A stretch of DNA of 64,000 nucleotides from Stegostoma tigrinum (Eukaryota): contig NC_081379.1 in NCBI RefSeq assembly GCF_030684315.1, positions 9,136,294 through 9,200,293 on the forward strand. Reading direction: 5' to 3'. Position numbers and translations under genes: made by a program. This document shows positions 48,981 to 60,788 of this stretch, one piece after another (position 1 is the first letter of the stretch; every line of letters begins with the position of its first letter). Under the pieces are notes generated by a model. It was given only the letters and a program-made list of their open reading frames with translations, had not been told where the DNA came from and made no database searches.

Positions 48981-49679
48981 GAAAGCAACTTGCACCATCG
49001 GGAGGAGCAGGTAATTACTGACAGCAGCTTCTGGATCTGCACATTGAATTTTACAATTGCCGAATTCAGGGCTCACTGTCAGTTTCCAGAAACCGGTGAC
49101 AACTTTGGAAATTTCACAACCATAAAAATCTGGACCCATTGAAATCCTGCTGCCCTGGGCTGGTGTTTTAATTGTTTAAGGTAAACATGACAGCAATTGT
49201 TTAGCCAAGTTGGTAAGGGAAGGTCACAGGCAAGATCCTCCCAATATTGCAAAATTAAAGCCATCGATAGTTACTCACAGTCACAGCCAGCTCTAGCCTC
49301 ATCTCAGTTTCAATTGCTCGTGACATTCATCCACACTTCAGAAAAGGCCTCAGGCTAATGTCAGCTCTGTTGGTTTTCTTTCACGTCAGTTTTCGCAGCT
49401 CTGCACTTTAAATAAAAAGAGAATTTTAACTCGATTTTGCAAAGTTGTCAAAAGGAGAGAAAAATTGAGAATAAATACTGAAAGTCCAGTTGATGTGACT
49501 GTTTTGAGAGATGAATTTAATGGGTGCCCCCATCTAGCAGATTTGGGAGAGGTGAATGATAATATCTAAGCTGCATCCATTGAGGTGATAAAAGACATGA
49601 TAGAATGGAGAACTAACAGGTTATTTTGATTCTGCACAAGAGTGATAGATTACTAATAGATAGATTAGATTGATCCTTT

Positions 49680-50090
49680 GAATGAGTGGGTTGTGTTATG
49701 AGGATAAGTTGGACAGATTAGGCTTGTTTTCAACAGAGTTTAGTAGAGAGAGGGGCAAATCCTGAGAGGTCTTAACAAAGCATCCAAGGAAAGCATATAC
49801 ATCTTGTGGGTCAGTCCAGAAGAAGGAAGCATGGAATTTAGGGGTCACTCTTTAAGGACCAAGATGAGAACTTTTTTCACACAGAGGGCTTTGTGATTTT
49901 GGAACTCCCTGCTTTTGACGGTAGTGAAAATGGCATCGTAAATATTTATTTTCCAGAGGCTGTTAGATTCGTGTGGAATCATAGAAGGTGGAAATGTAGA
50001 TTTCAAAACCCCAAACAAATCAGTCATGACCTTAGTGAATGTTACAGCAAGCTCCAAAGGATGAATTGTGCTCCTGTTTCTTATGTTTGT
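49680..50090 (+). mobile_element. CR1 LINE 3' end, degenerate
   Basis: GATGAGAACTTTTTTCACACAGAGGGCTTTGTGATTTTGGAACTCCCTG. Confidence 0.65.
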
Positions 50091-50499
50091 ATGTTGCACC
50101 TTTCCAGAGTTTGAATTCCATTGGGGCTTTGAGTACAGGTTGTTGAATGTTGAAGGTGATGCCCTATCCCTTTGTATTGCATGGCGGTTAAGCGACCTTC
50201 ACTATGAAGATGTGAGCAAACTAAGAACCACTTTCCAAAGATGCACAGCATGGCAATTCAATCCAAGCACATTGTCAACAGCCCAGCCCTTAGCATTTTA
50301 GTGTGGGCCACTGCTAAATGTGTGCATCTTTGCACAATTAGTAAATCTGAGCACCATTTCACACCCCTTTTAATTTCCAACCCTTGACATTCCTTCAAGT
50401 TCAGTGACTTTATACTCAAGCGAAATTGGCTGGTGTGGACTGTTTCTCCATACCTCAAGGCTGGAATTTGGCCCCAATGCCATTGAACTACTTGAAGCT

Positions 50500-50775
50500 C
50501 TCAGCCATTTCAGAGGGCTGTTAAGAGTCAACCAGATTGCTATGGGAATGGAGTCACATGTAGGCCACACCAGGTGAGGATAACAGATTCCCCTCCCTAA
50601 AGGACACTTGTGAGGCAGATTTTAAAAAAATCATCAGTTGTTACATACATTCCAGCTTTTATTGAATTGAAATTTCACAATTTGCTATGGTGGGATTCAA
50701 ACCTGTGCCCCAGAAAATTTGCCTGGTGCTCTGAAATAATAGTCCAATGGCATTTCCACAACATCGTCACTTCCC
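50500..50775 (-). mobile_element. tRNA-derived SINE with CR1-group tail
   Basis: GTTAAGAGTCAACC..GGAGTCACATGTAGGCCA. Confidence 0.7.
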
Positions 50776-51674
50776 CATCATCTCACTGAATTACAAAGCA
50801 GGTTCGAAGGGGCAAATGAGCTGCTTCTGCTCTCATGTTCCTATGATTATCAGAGCATTAACTGGCACAAAGAAATTAATGTGGCACATGGAACCACAAT
50901 ATATTCTGCACTAACTATTTTAGTTAGATTGGAAATGTTCCCAGATTAAAGTGCGTGCAGGTATCCCAGTTATCACTGTAAATTTTCAGACACACCAAGT
51001 TCATACAATTCCATCGAATGTAAAATTAAATGCTACCATTATACTTCTTCCTTTGGACATATCTATCACTGAATTTATCTCAATGATGATTATTGGTGTA
51101 GTGCAGAGAACAGCAGCAACAGTATTCACAAACACAAAAGATGACTGATGGTTTATTTAAAAAAAAAGTTCCATGGTCCCAAATAGAGCCACGTTAAATG
51201 CTTGAAATATACAAGTGAAGATAAAGTCACTACTGTCACACTCTCTAATTAACTGAGGGTCACTTGCACCTCACATAAAGAATGAGACTGTAAAGGTTAC
51301 ATCTTCATGGTAACTTCAGCAAGTGCAGGAATTGAATCTGCACTGTTAGTGTCACAATCCAGCTGTCCAGCCAACTCAGCAAGATAGGCCCTTCAGGTGA
51401 GGTACATATTGAACTTCACTACAAACGTAGGCAACACAGTAGAAAACAAATGCTGTTAATGCTGTAGAAAGTCAGCATGTCTTTGGAGAGAGATAGGGTT
51501 AATATTTCCACTGCAACCTGGCTTCTTCAGAAGACAATTCATTATTATCAATTATTTTTACTTCAGAAGAAACTTGATAATGTCAAGTTGCGGATAATAC
51601 AGAATAAAAGACATTCTAAACAAAAGAGGTGTATATCTTATATCATATGTATAAAAAAAGCCTCTTCTGGAATA

Positions 51675-51905
51675 TAACAAAGTGTGGAGCTGGATGAACA
51701 CAGCAGGCCAAGTAGCATCTCAGGAGCACAAAAGCTGACATTTCAGGCCTAGGCCCTTCATCAGAAAGGAGGACGGGCAGAGGATTCTGAAATAAATAGG
51801 GAGAGGGGGGAGGCGGACCGAAGATGGATAGAGGAGAAGGTAGGTGGATAGAGTATAGGTGAGGAGGTGGGGAGGGGGTAGGTCAGTCCGGGCAGTTCCC
51901 ATTAT
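51675..51905 (-). mobile_element. PLE family A 3' end with a short inverted terminal piece
   Basis: pLTR plus purine-rich UTR, then inverted GCAGTTCCCATTATC. Imperfect TSD CTCTTCTGGAATA and CTCTTCCGGAGTA. Confidence 0.9.
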
Positions 51906-51912
51906 CTCTTCC

Positions 51913-52445
51913 GGAGTATTGTGTCCAGTTCTGGTTGCCCAGATATAGGAAGGATATTATTAAGTTGCAGAAGGCTCAGAAGAGATTTACCAGGATGTTG
52001 CCAGGAACAGAGGGTTTGAGTTAAAAGGAGAGGCTGGATAGACTGGGACTTTTTCCACAGGAGTGTAGGAGGTGGAGAGATGACTTGACAGAAGTTTATA
52101 AAATCATGATGGGTATGAATAAGGTGAATGGCAGGTGTCTTTTCCCTAGGATGGGGAATTTCAAGACTAGGGGTCATATTTTTTAAGGTGAGAGAAGAAA
52201 GATTTAAGAAAAGACATGAGAGGCAATTTTTCTTACACAGCAAGTTTGTTCATATGTGGGATGTACTTCCAGAGGAAGTGGTGACTGCGGGTAATTACAA
52301 CTTTTAAAGGACATCTGGATAAGTGCAAAAATAAGAAATGTTTGGAGGGATACGAGCCAAGAGCAGGTGGTTTAGTTTGGGATTATGGTCAGCATGGGCA
52401 TGTTGGACCATAACTTCTGTTTCCATGCTGTATCACTGTATGACT
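51913..52445 (+). mobile_element. CR1/HER1 LINE 3' part
   Basis: GAGTATTGTGTCCAGTTCTGG (EYCVQFW)..GAAGTTTATAAAATCATG. Confidence 0.85.
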
Positions 52446-52627
52446 TTGTAAATGCAAAATGCTTTGCAAGACAGCAGGACATTGCAACATACTGTACAAT
52501 GAACAAAGCAATTTCTGAAACACAGTCACCATTCAAATGTAGGAAACACAGCAGCCAATTTGCTCCCAAATTGGGAGTAACTCTAAATTTTTTAGTGTAA
52601 CTCTAAATTATAAAGAGAATGTTGTAC

Positions 52628-52731
52628 TCAGGGATAAATTCTCCTGAAAAGCTTCAGCAGTGGCATTGTTGATCGATTCGCTGAACAGTGTGCTGAGCAA
52701 TCCAGGAAGTACTCCCATGAAATGATATCTG
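52628..52731 (-). other. Candidate exon, unidentified gene
   Basis: Strong acceptor cttccttttcgtttcacag|(cag). One frame reads YHFMGVLPGLLSTLFSESINNATAEAFQENLSL. Weak donor A|gtacaa. Confidence 0.25.
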
Positions 52732-52914
52732 CTGTGAAACGAAAAGGAAGTATTACACTCAAATAAACACACTGAACTGTGAATGCTGCCAATCTGAAAC
52801 AATCAGAACCCTTTTTAGGGTCACTGGACTCGAAATGTTAACTATTTTTTTCCCTCTACCAATGCTGCCAGACCTGCTGTGTTTATCCAATGGGTTTTTC
52901 TTATCTGTTTTTAA

Positions 52915-53250
52915 CATTCTTTCATAGCATTGGGCATTGCTGGCTAAACCAGCAATAACTGCCCAGAGGGCAGTTAAAAATCAACCACATTGTTGTGGGT
53001 CTGGAGTCACATGTAGGCCAGACCGGGTAAGGATGGCGGTTTCCTTCCCTAAAGGACATTAGTGAACCAGATTGGCTTTTCCAACAACTGACAATGGATT
53101 CATGGTCATCATTACATTCTTAACTCAAGATTATTACAGAATTCAATCCCATCCTCTGCTGTGGCAGAAGTTGAACCTAAGTCCGCATAAAATTACAAAC
53201 ATCTCTGGTTTAACAGTCCAGCAATGATACCACTTGGCCATCACCACCCC
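52915..53250 (-). mobile_element. tRNA-derived SINE with CR1-group tail
   Basis: Reverse copy of the 29973 family, preceded by a family B pLTR piece at about 52815-52910. Confidence 0.85.
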
Positions 53251-53477
53251 TATCAGGGAAATGTTACACTCTGACATGATTCTTTATTCTCCATTGTCAG
53301 CTCTCCTTTCCAATCATTAATCAGCTGTCACGGTCTCATCAAGATAAAGAGTAAAATAGTCTGGATGTCACCAAAGATTAAAAAAAAGGAAAATCCAATA
53401 TGAGTCTTTCAGAAAGCTGTTCAGCCTTGAAGTAGCGGTCAACAAAAGCAATGTTGTTGTTGTAGTATAGCCAAACT

Positions 53478-53738
53478 AAGGTGAGAGGGGAAAGATTTAA
53501 AAGGGACCTAAGGGACAACTTTTTCGTGCAGAGGATGGTGTGTGTTTGGAATGAGGAAGTGGTGGAGGCTGGTACAATTACTACATTTCAAAGGCATCTG
53601 GATGGGTATATGAAAAGGAAGGGTTTTGAGGGATTTGGGCCAAATGCTGACAAATGAGACTCAATTAATTTAGGATATCTGGTCAACATGGATGAGTTGG
53701 GCCGAGAGATCTGTTTCTGTGCTGTATATCTCTATGGC
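53478..53738 (+). mobile_element. CR1/HER1 LINE 3' end
   Basis: AAGGTGAGAGGGGAAAGATTTAAAAGGGACCTAAGGG..GTTGGGCCGA. Confidence 0.85.
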
Positions 53739-54174
53739 TATGATTTTAGGTGGGGGAAGACAGAATGGTCTGCCTCACCTCCTCTGTTTTGTCTGTCTCC
53801 ATACTTGTTTTGAAATTGCTCCAGCTCATACATCTCCCAATTCAGCTGAAAGCTTATTGATGTGAAATGTGGGACCAGATTTTGAGGTGGTGCTGTTGCT
53901 AGAATCAGAAACACACATGCGAGCAAACTGTAACTAGCTGGTTCCAACCAGCATTCCAGTTCCCCAGCTCCATAGGTGAAAGGGTTAACAGCCAGAGCTG
54001 TAACAGCTTAGTTTACATCAGTCTGATTTGAGCGATTACATGTCAGCAGACTCCAGGGAGAGGTGCTAAATCTCACACTAAGCTTAATAGTGTAAATAGC
54101 AAAACGTAAAGTAAAAAAGTCTCACCAACAGGTTCGTGTAGAGAATGCACCAGGGAATTATTGAGAGAGAGAAG

Positions 54175-55527
54175 AAGGATACCTAAGATTACAAAGAGAT
54201 CTTGATCAATTGGGTCAATGGGCCGAAAAGTGCAGAGAGAGTTTAATTTGGATAAATGCAAGGTGTGCATTTTAGTAAAACAAACACAGGCAGGACATAT
54301 ACAATTGAAAGTAGGGCTGTGTTCAGTATTGTAGAACAGAAGGGCCTAGAGTTTCAGGTACATAGTCCTGCTCATCGACTACAGCTCTGCCTTCAAAACC
54401 ATTATCTCTTCCAGACTGATCTCAAAACTCCGTAATGTAGGTCTCGGATCCGCCCTCTGCAACTGGGCCCTCAGCTTTCTGACCCACAGATCACAATCAG
54501 TGAGGATCGGTAACTGCACCTCCTCCACAATAACACTGAACACTGGAGACCACCCCAAGGATGTATCCTCAACCCCCTACGGTACCCCCTGTACATCTAC
54601 AACTGTGTTGCCAAACTCTGAACAAACACCATCTACAAGTTTGCTGATGACACCACTGCGGTAGGATAGATTTAAACAATGATGAGGCAGAATACAGGAA
54701 GGACATAGAGGGCTTGGTGATGTGATGTAACGATAACAACCTCTCTCTCAACATCAACAAAACATTGTCTTCTGAAAGAAAGGAGGAGAACAGCCCCATC
54801 TACATCAATGGAACTGAGGTTGAGAAGGTGGGAATCTTCAAGTTCCTCGGAGTGACGATAACTGACAACCTGTCCTGGACTTCTCATGTAGATATGACAG
54901 TCAAGAAGGCACAACAATGCCTCCTTCCTCAGGCAGCTCAGGAAAGTTGTCATGTCCATAAGGTCCCTCACCAACCTCTACAGATGCACCATTGAAAGCC
55001 TACTGTCCACATGCATAAGGGCCTGGTCCGGCAACTGCTCTGCCCAGGACTGTAAGAAACTACAGAAGTGGGTGTGCACAGCCCAGACCGTCACAGAAGC
55101 CAAACTCCCATCCGTGGAATCTATTTACATAGCTCATTGGTGCCAACACCATCAAAGGCCCATCTCACCCGGGTAATGATCTTCTACAACCTCTTCCGTC
55201 AGGCAGAAGATACAGAAGCCTGAACACATGCACGAGCAGCTTAAAGAACAGCTTCTTCCCTGCCATGATTAGACTGATGTATGGACTCTCCAACTTCAAA
55301 TAATGCTGAGCTTGCTAATGTTGATCTTGCCTCGTGCACCCCTGTGCAATGTAATCTGCATGCCTATGTTCAAGTTTTTTTCACCCTGTGATCTACAGGT
55401 CCTTGCTAACTATGATTGGCTTGTATTGCTCGTAAGCAAAGCTTTTCACTGTACTTAGGTACATGTGACAATAAGTAAAATCAAATCAAATTCTTTGAAG
55501 TTTGCATCACATATAGATAAAGTGGTT
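54175..55527 (+). mobile_element. CR1 fragment split by a Rex1-like LINE
   Basis: ..GTTTCAGGTACATAG | TTCTTTGAAGTTTGCATCACATATAGAT reads as continuous CR1 ORF2. Confidence 0.7.
54366..55491 (+). mobile_element. Rex1/Babar-like LINE, 5'-truncated
   Basis: [54 protein letters not shown], then (ATCAA)n tail. Confidence 0.85.
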
Positions 55528-55529
55528 TC

Positions 55530-55660
55530 AGAGATAGTATGAACAGCAGATGCTGGAGAATCCGAGATAACAAGATGTAGAGCTGGATGAAGACAGCAGG
55601 CCAAGCAGCATTGGAGGAGCGGGAAAGCTGAAGTTTCGGGTCTAAACCCTTCTTCAGAAA
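55530..55660 (-). mobile_element. PLE family A-variant pLTR
   Basis: GCAGATGCTGGAGAATCCGAGATAAC..CCCTTCTTCAG. Confidence 0.85.
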
Positions 55661-55878
55661 TCAGACTTTAACCTATTCTTACAAATGTGAGGAAGGGAGT
55701 GAAGACATTGATAAATGAGGATAAAAACGCTGACCTTGGGAGAAACAGGTTATCTTTTATGTTTGTCACACATATAAACAATTCACTCACACAGAGGGTG
55801 ATGAGTATGCAGACGGAAGGATGTGGGGGGAATTAGTTTGGAATAATTTAAAGAAGAAGTGGACACATATTTGAGGGT

Positions 55879-56006
55879 GATAATGGGAACTGCAATGCTG
55901 GAGAATCCAAGATGACAAAGTGTGGAGCTGAATTAACACAGCAGGCCAAGCAGCATCTCAGGAGCACAAAAGCTGACGTTTCAGGCCTAGACCCTTCATC
56001 AGAGAG
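55879..56006 (-). mobile_element. PLE family A pLTR
   Basis: GATAATGGGAACTGCA..CTAGACCCTTCATCAGAG. Confidence 0.9.
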
Positions 56007-56024
56007 GGTTTGGGAAATTGGAAA

Positions 56025-56605
56025 TGTAACTATACTATGGCTTCAAGAGGTGCATTTTAACTGGTTTTTTAAGAGCTTTTGAGACAGAGATGATGAGTGG
56101 TCAGTTCCAAGGCAATAAGGTGTGTAGCTTGTGGGTTGAAACTATAGAAACAGTAAGCAAGGGTGGAGTCAGGCTCCCACAGAACCAGGATTTTTGGTTT
56201 AGCTTTCAGTAGTTGCTGGGATCATGTTACAGCTGTTATTCTTATCTCTGTTACAGCTAAAAGCTTGGGTTCTCTTCCTGCTGCTAGAATTGTATGTGAG
56301 ACAATCTATTCTACTGAATTCGCCTTTGCCAAGGGCATGTTTATGAGATATTACTATATTGGAACAGTTGCTGTTTAGTAGTTAAATAATCCATTATTCT
56401 GTTAAGTTTTCCAATAGAATTGTTCTTCCAATTTTTTTTAAATTTGTATTTGAACTGTAGGGTAAGAATAAAGTGCATTTTGTTTAAAGCTAAGTAGTGT
56501 ACCCAATCAAATTACATCTGGGACACAGCATCCTACACCTGCTTTAAATAGGGCCTAGGCTATCTCTTTGAAACATTTGAAGGGGGTTTAGTCTCGTCTA
56601 TGACA
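56025..56605 (+). mobile_element. Solo LTR with 4-bp TSD
   Basis: GAAA|TGTAAC....TATGACA|GAAA, with internal AATAAA at about 56467. Confidence 0.7.
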
Positions 56606-56844
56606 GAAATAAGCCATAAATGATCATTTCTGATGCCCTCACGAACATTCTTGGTTCTTGTAAGATATCCAACCTGCAGAGTTGGGAAATGGTGTTGGCT
56701 CCACCACTGATTCCAGAATGTTGGGAGTTGTGTGACCTGAGCATTCACAACAAGCATGCTTGTACATAATGTCAATCTGACATATAACTGGTCTTAACAC
56801 TATCATAAATTACCCAGTTATTAACTTAAATTCTCTGATGAAGA

Positions 56845-57631
56845 TCCTGCCTCTTTATAGGTCACGTGGAACAGTCCCTCTTCCACACCTGCACAGGCCC
56901 CAAACCTGACCTCTTCCGGCGTTACATTGATGACTGCATCAGCGCCGCCTCTTGCGTCCCAGAGGAGCTCAAACAGTTCATCCACTTCACCAACACCTTC
57001 CACCCCAACCTCAAGTTCACCTGGGCCATCTCCAACATATCCCTCACCTTCCCGGGCCTCTCAGTCTCCATCTCAGGTAACCAGCTAGAAACAGATGTCC
57101 ATTTCAAGCCCACTGATTCCCACAGCTACCTAGAATACACCTCCTCCCACCCACCCTCCTGCAAAAATTCTATCCCCTATTCCCAATTCCTCCGCCTCTA
57201 CCGCATCTGCTCCCAGGATGAGGCATTCCACTCCTGCACATCCCAGATGTCCACGTTCTTCAAGGACCGCAACTTTCCTCCCGCAGTGGTCGAGAACGCC
57301 CTTGACCGCGTCTCCCACATTTCCCGCAACACATCCTTCACACCCTGCCCCCGCCACAACCGCCCCAAGAGGATCACCCTCATTCTCACACACCACACCA
57401 CCAACCTCCGGATACAACGCATTATCCTCTGACACTTCCGCCATCTACAATCCGACCCCACCACCCAAGCCATTTTCCCATCCCCACCCTTGTCTGCCTT
57501 CCAGAGAGACCACGCTCTCCGTGACTCCCTTGTCCGCTCCACACTCCCCTCCAACACCCACCACACCCGGCACCTTCCCTGCAACCGCAGGAAGTGCTAC
57601 ACTTGCCCCCACACCTCCTCCCTCACCCCCA
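56845..57631 (+). mobile_element. PLE family A internal fragment (RT catalytic motif)
   Basis: LFRRYIDDCI..NTFHPNLKFT..TDVHFKPTDSHSYL. Overlaps the 20390 ORF in sequence. TGA at 57430. Confidence 0.92.
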
Positions 57632-57799
57632 TTCTGTTTTAAAAATCTGTGAACTAACCCTTACCGGCTAAAGGTTGGCAGAAAGTGCAGCCACCAATCC
57701 TCTTTCCTACAATATATGCCATAATTTACATGCTATATGTTATGTACTGTTCGGTTTGAGCAACAGGGAGATGCTGGATAGATGGGGTTATTTGCCCTT

Positions 57800-58190
57800 A
57801 AGTGTTGGAGGCTGAGGGTTGACCTTACAGAAGTTTACAAAATCAAGAGGGGTATAGATAGGGTGAATAGCCAAAGTCTTTATCCCAGTATAGGGGTGTC
57901 CAAAACAAGAGGGGCATAGGTTTAAGGTGAGAGGAGCAAGATTTAAAAGAGACCTGAAGGGAAACTTTTTCAAACAGAAGGTGGCTTGAATGTGGAATGA
58001 ACTACCAGAGGAAGTGGAGGAGGTGAGTACAATTACAACATTTAAAACATATTTGGATGGGTACGTGAATAGGAAAGGTTTAGAGGCATATGGGCTAAAC
58101 ACAGACAAATGGGACTAGTTCAGTTTTGGAGACCTGGTCTGCAGGATCGAAGGGTCAGTTTCCATGCTGTGTGATTCTGTGACTATGACT
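57800..58190 (+). mobile_element. CR1/HER1 LINE 3' end
   Basis: GAGGGTTGACCTTACAGAAGTTTACAAAATC..(CTATGACT)n tail. Confidence 0.85.
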
Positions 58191-58572
58191 CTACTTGGTC
58201 CACAGGCCTGTATGATTACCAATGGTAGAAGATGAGCAACTTGGTGAGAGTTAACAAGAGAAGGCACTTGTTTTGACGATAGGCCATAATTTATTGCAGG
58301 AGAACAGTAAGTGTAAGTTACATTGGTATGATTAATATAATTATTGTGCTTTTCTAGGAGTCAGCGATGACATGCTTGGTCTCATTAGGATCTCGAGTCC
58401 GAGTCCCTTTTTTCTCACCATCCAACTGCAATAAATCATCAGAGGAGGTGGAGCCTAATATATTTTTTCCAATATTAACTCTTTCAGAGCCATTACTTTA
58501 CTAAACACTCGGTTTGCCAAATGGAATCACACAGACATTGTGATCAAGACCTCTTCACCCATCATGCACCAT

Positions 58573-58935
58573 ACCCACTTCCAGGATCATCAGCTGATCT
58601 TTTGTGGAGCTACCACTGATAATCAGAAGCTTCCCTTAGTTCACTAGTGGCAACATTTTTCTTGAACTGATCAGTGTTATCGAGGATTTGTTCAGCCAGT
58701 GCCCTTGATGGTTCAATAAGGAGTGCTTTTGGAGCATTTGGTCATCTTTCTATTTGAGCTTCCTGCATAGTGCTGGAGTAGTTAAACTTAACACAAGACC
58801 ATCAATAGCTTTGTCCGGCATTGCATTGCCATCTTTTTGGAAGGCATTTGAATTCTGCTTCTCTGAAGTTAAATTTGAGCTCAGCATTCTTTTAAACACA
58901 AAAACATGGAAGGCATGTTTCTTTGTATGTGGGCA
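58573..58935 (-). pseudogene. DDX1: Intronless DDX1 (DEAD-box helicase 1) pseudogene fragment
   Basis: [20 protein letters not shown]..KAIDG../..[47 protein letters not shown]. Recalled human DDX1: [67 protein letters not shown]. Frameshifts and a stop present. Confidence 0.88.
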
Positions 58936-59367
58936 AAGATGAGGTTTGTGGCAGAGAATTACCTCAAATAATCCTTACTCTATGCCACAGACTGGGAGAT
59001 AGCAAGATACCAGGAGACGGCAACTGAAGACCTCTGGACAAACACACCTGCCCCATACCTGCCAGAGTAACTCCTCCAGCCCATCCAATTGTAGATTCTC
59101 TCTCCCCTACCCTAGCCGTTCCACCAACCACAAAGTCTGTCTCTCAAGGAGTAGCAAGAATGAGAGAGAGAGGGTACCTGTGAATGAAGGGTCTGAAGCA
59201 GCCTGTGCAAGAGAGACAGAATCCCAGATTGAATGAGCTGCCCCTTTCAAAATCAGGCTGTCCCACGTATGGAGTAAACATTCCTTGTTTTACGGTTTTA
59301 GCGAAGATCTGTAGCTCAGGCTGTGGGTGAGTTTGTTGACTTCCTCGCTGAGCTGACTTGTTTTCAT

Positions 59368-59407
59368 TCAGACGTTTCATCACCATGCCTGGTGATATCA
59401 TCAGTGA
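59368..59407 (-). ncRNA. Minimal hammerhead ribozyme motif (family C)
   Basis: TCA-CTGATGA-T-ATCACC-AGGCAT-GGTGAT-GAAAC-GTC-TGA. Confidence 0.78.
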
Positions 59408-60119
59408 GGCCTCCGATGAAGCGATGTTATTCTAGTCCGCTTGGAATTTATACTGTTCGGTATGTTATAGTGAGTAGGCTGCTTGGCTTGCTGTGTTCAT
59501 CCAGCTCCACACTTTGTTATCTTGAATTCTACGGCATCTGCAGTTCTCATTATCACTCATTTCTGGTTTTGTTCTGTATGGGTTTGTATATGGGGTCCAA
59601 TTCTGTATGTTTATTGATTGCATTATGGGTTGAGAACCATGCCTGTAGGAATTCCCGTGCATGTCTATGCTTGTCTTGGACTACTATGGTTACCTTGTCC
59701 CAGTTAAACTGATGGCCTTCACTGTCCAAGTGTACTGATAGTAAGGAGAGTTCATCATGCCATTTTGCTGCTAGATGATGTTCATATATTTACATGGGAA
59801 TTCCTAGAGGCATGGTTCTCGACCTATAATGCAATCAATAAACATACAGAATTGGACCCCATCTATCAGTACACTTGGACTGTGAAGGCCATCAGTTTAA
59901 CTGGGACAAGGTAACCATAGTAGCCCAAGACAAGCATAGACATGCATGGGAATTCCCAGAGGCATGGTTCTCAACCCATAATGCAATCAACAGGCGTATA
60001 AAATTTGACCCCATATACAAACCCACACAGAACAAAACTGAAAATGACACTACTCACCATAATGGACCGAACAGTATAAATTCCAAGTGAAATAGAATAA
60101 CATTGCTTCATCGGAGGCC

Positions 60120-60159
60120 TCACTGATGATATCACCTGGCATGGTGATGAAACGTCTGA
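60120..60159 (+). ncRNA. Minimal hammerhead ribozyme motif (family C)
   Basis: TCA-CTGATGA-T-ATCACC-TGGCAT-GGTGAT-GAAAC-GTC-TGA. Confidence 0.78.
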
Positions 60160-60788
60160 ACGAAAACAAGCCAGCTCGGTGAGCAAGTCAACAGCCCCAT
60201 TTCTTATTTCATCAGCCTCGTGATTTTTTTTGCCTGGGCGATGTTGCAGTCAATTCACCTACCGCCCCTCCTGTGTGTTTTCACCAAGACTGGGAAGTTG
60301 TCAGGATGGGTCCCTGGGGTGAATTCGCACACAGGAGGGAGACAAACTCCAAAAGAGAAGGCCTCAGAGAGAACTGAAGACAGCATCCCCTGCGTCCGGT
60401 CAATTTCAGGAACAATGTCAAAAAGCAACTCATTGCTAAGTAAATTTTGTCCAATCCTATGATCAACAAATTCTGTGAAGTTGTTGCACCAAAATGATCA
60501 ATGCAATTTTGTTCTGCCCCAAGAACTCAGCAAAAACTCAGGGGACCTACAGCTTTAGTTGAAGGACTGAAAGCAATTACGTGTTGCAGTGTGCAAGCAA
60601 CACCCACCAATATTTAGCAGAATAACACACTTTGCTTTCTTTGCAAAGCTTTATTTGTTTTTAAATACATCCACTGTCTTACTGTGACCAACGCTGTGGG
60701 CAATCCCTATTATAATCAATTGAATTGTCCAAATTTACTTCTAATATGCACAGCTTGAGCACAATAAAGCTGTCTTGGTTTTACAATG

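Larger units (their letters stand above)
59295..60195. mobile_element. PLE family C inverted pair (minus arm about 59295-59785, plus arm about 59790-60195) with a family A piece at about 59478-59553
   Basis: ORF GHQFNWDKVTIVAQDKHRHAWEFPEAWFS..NAINR. Arms are mutual reverse complements with an HHR near each outer end. Confidence 0.88.
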
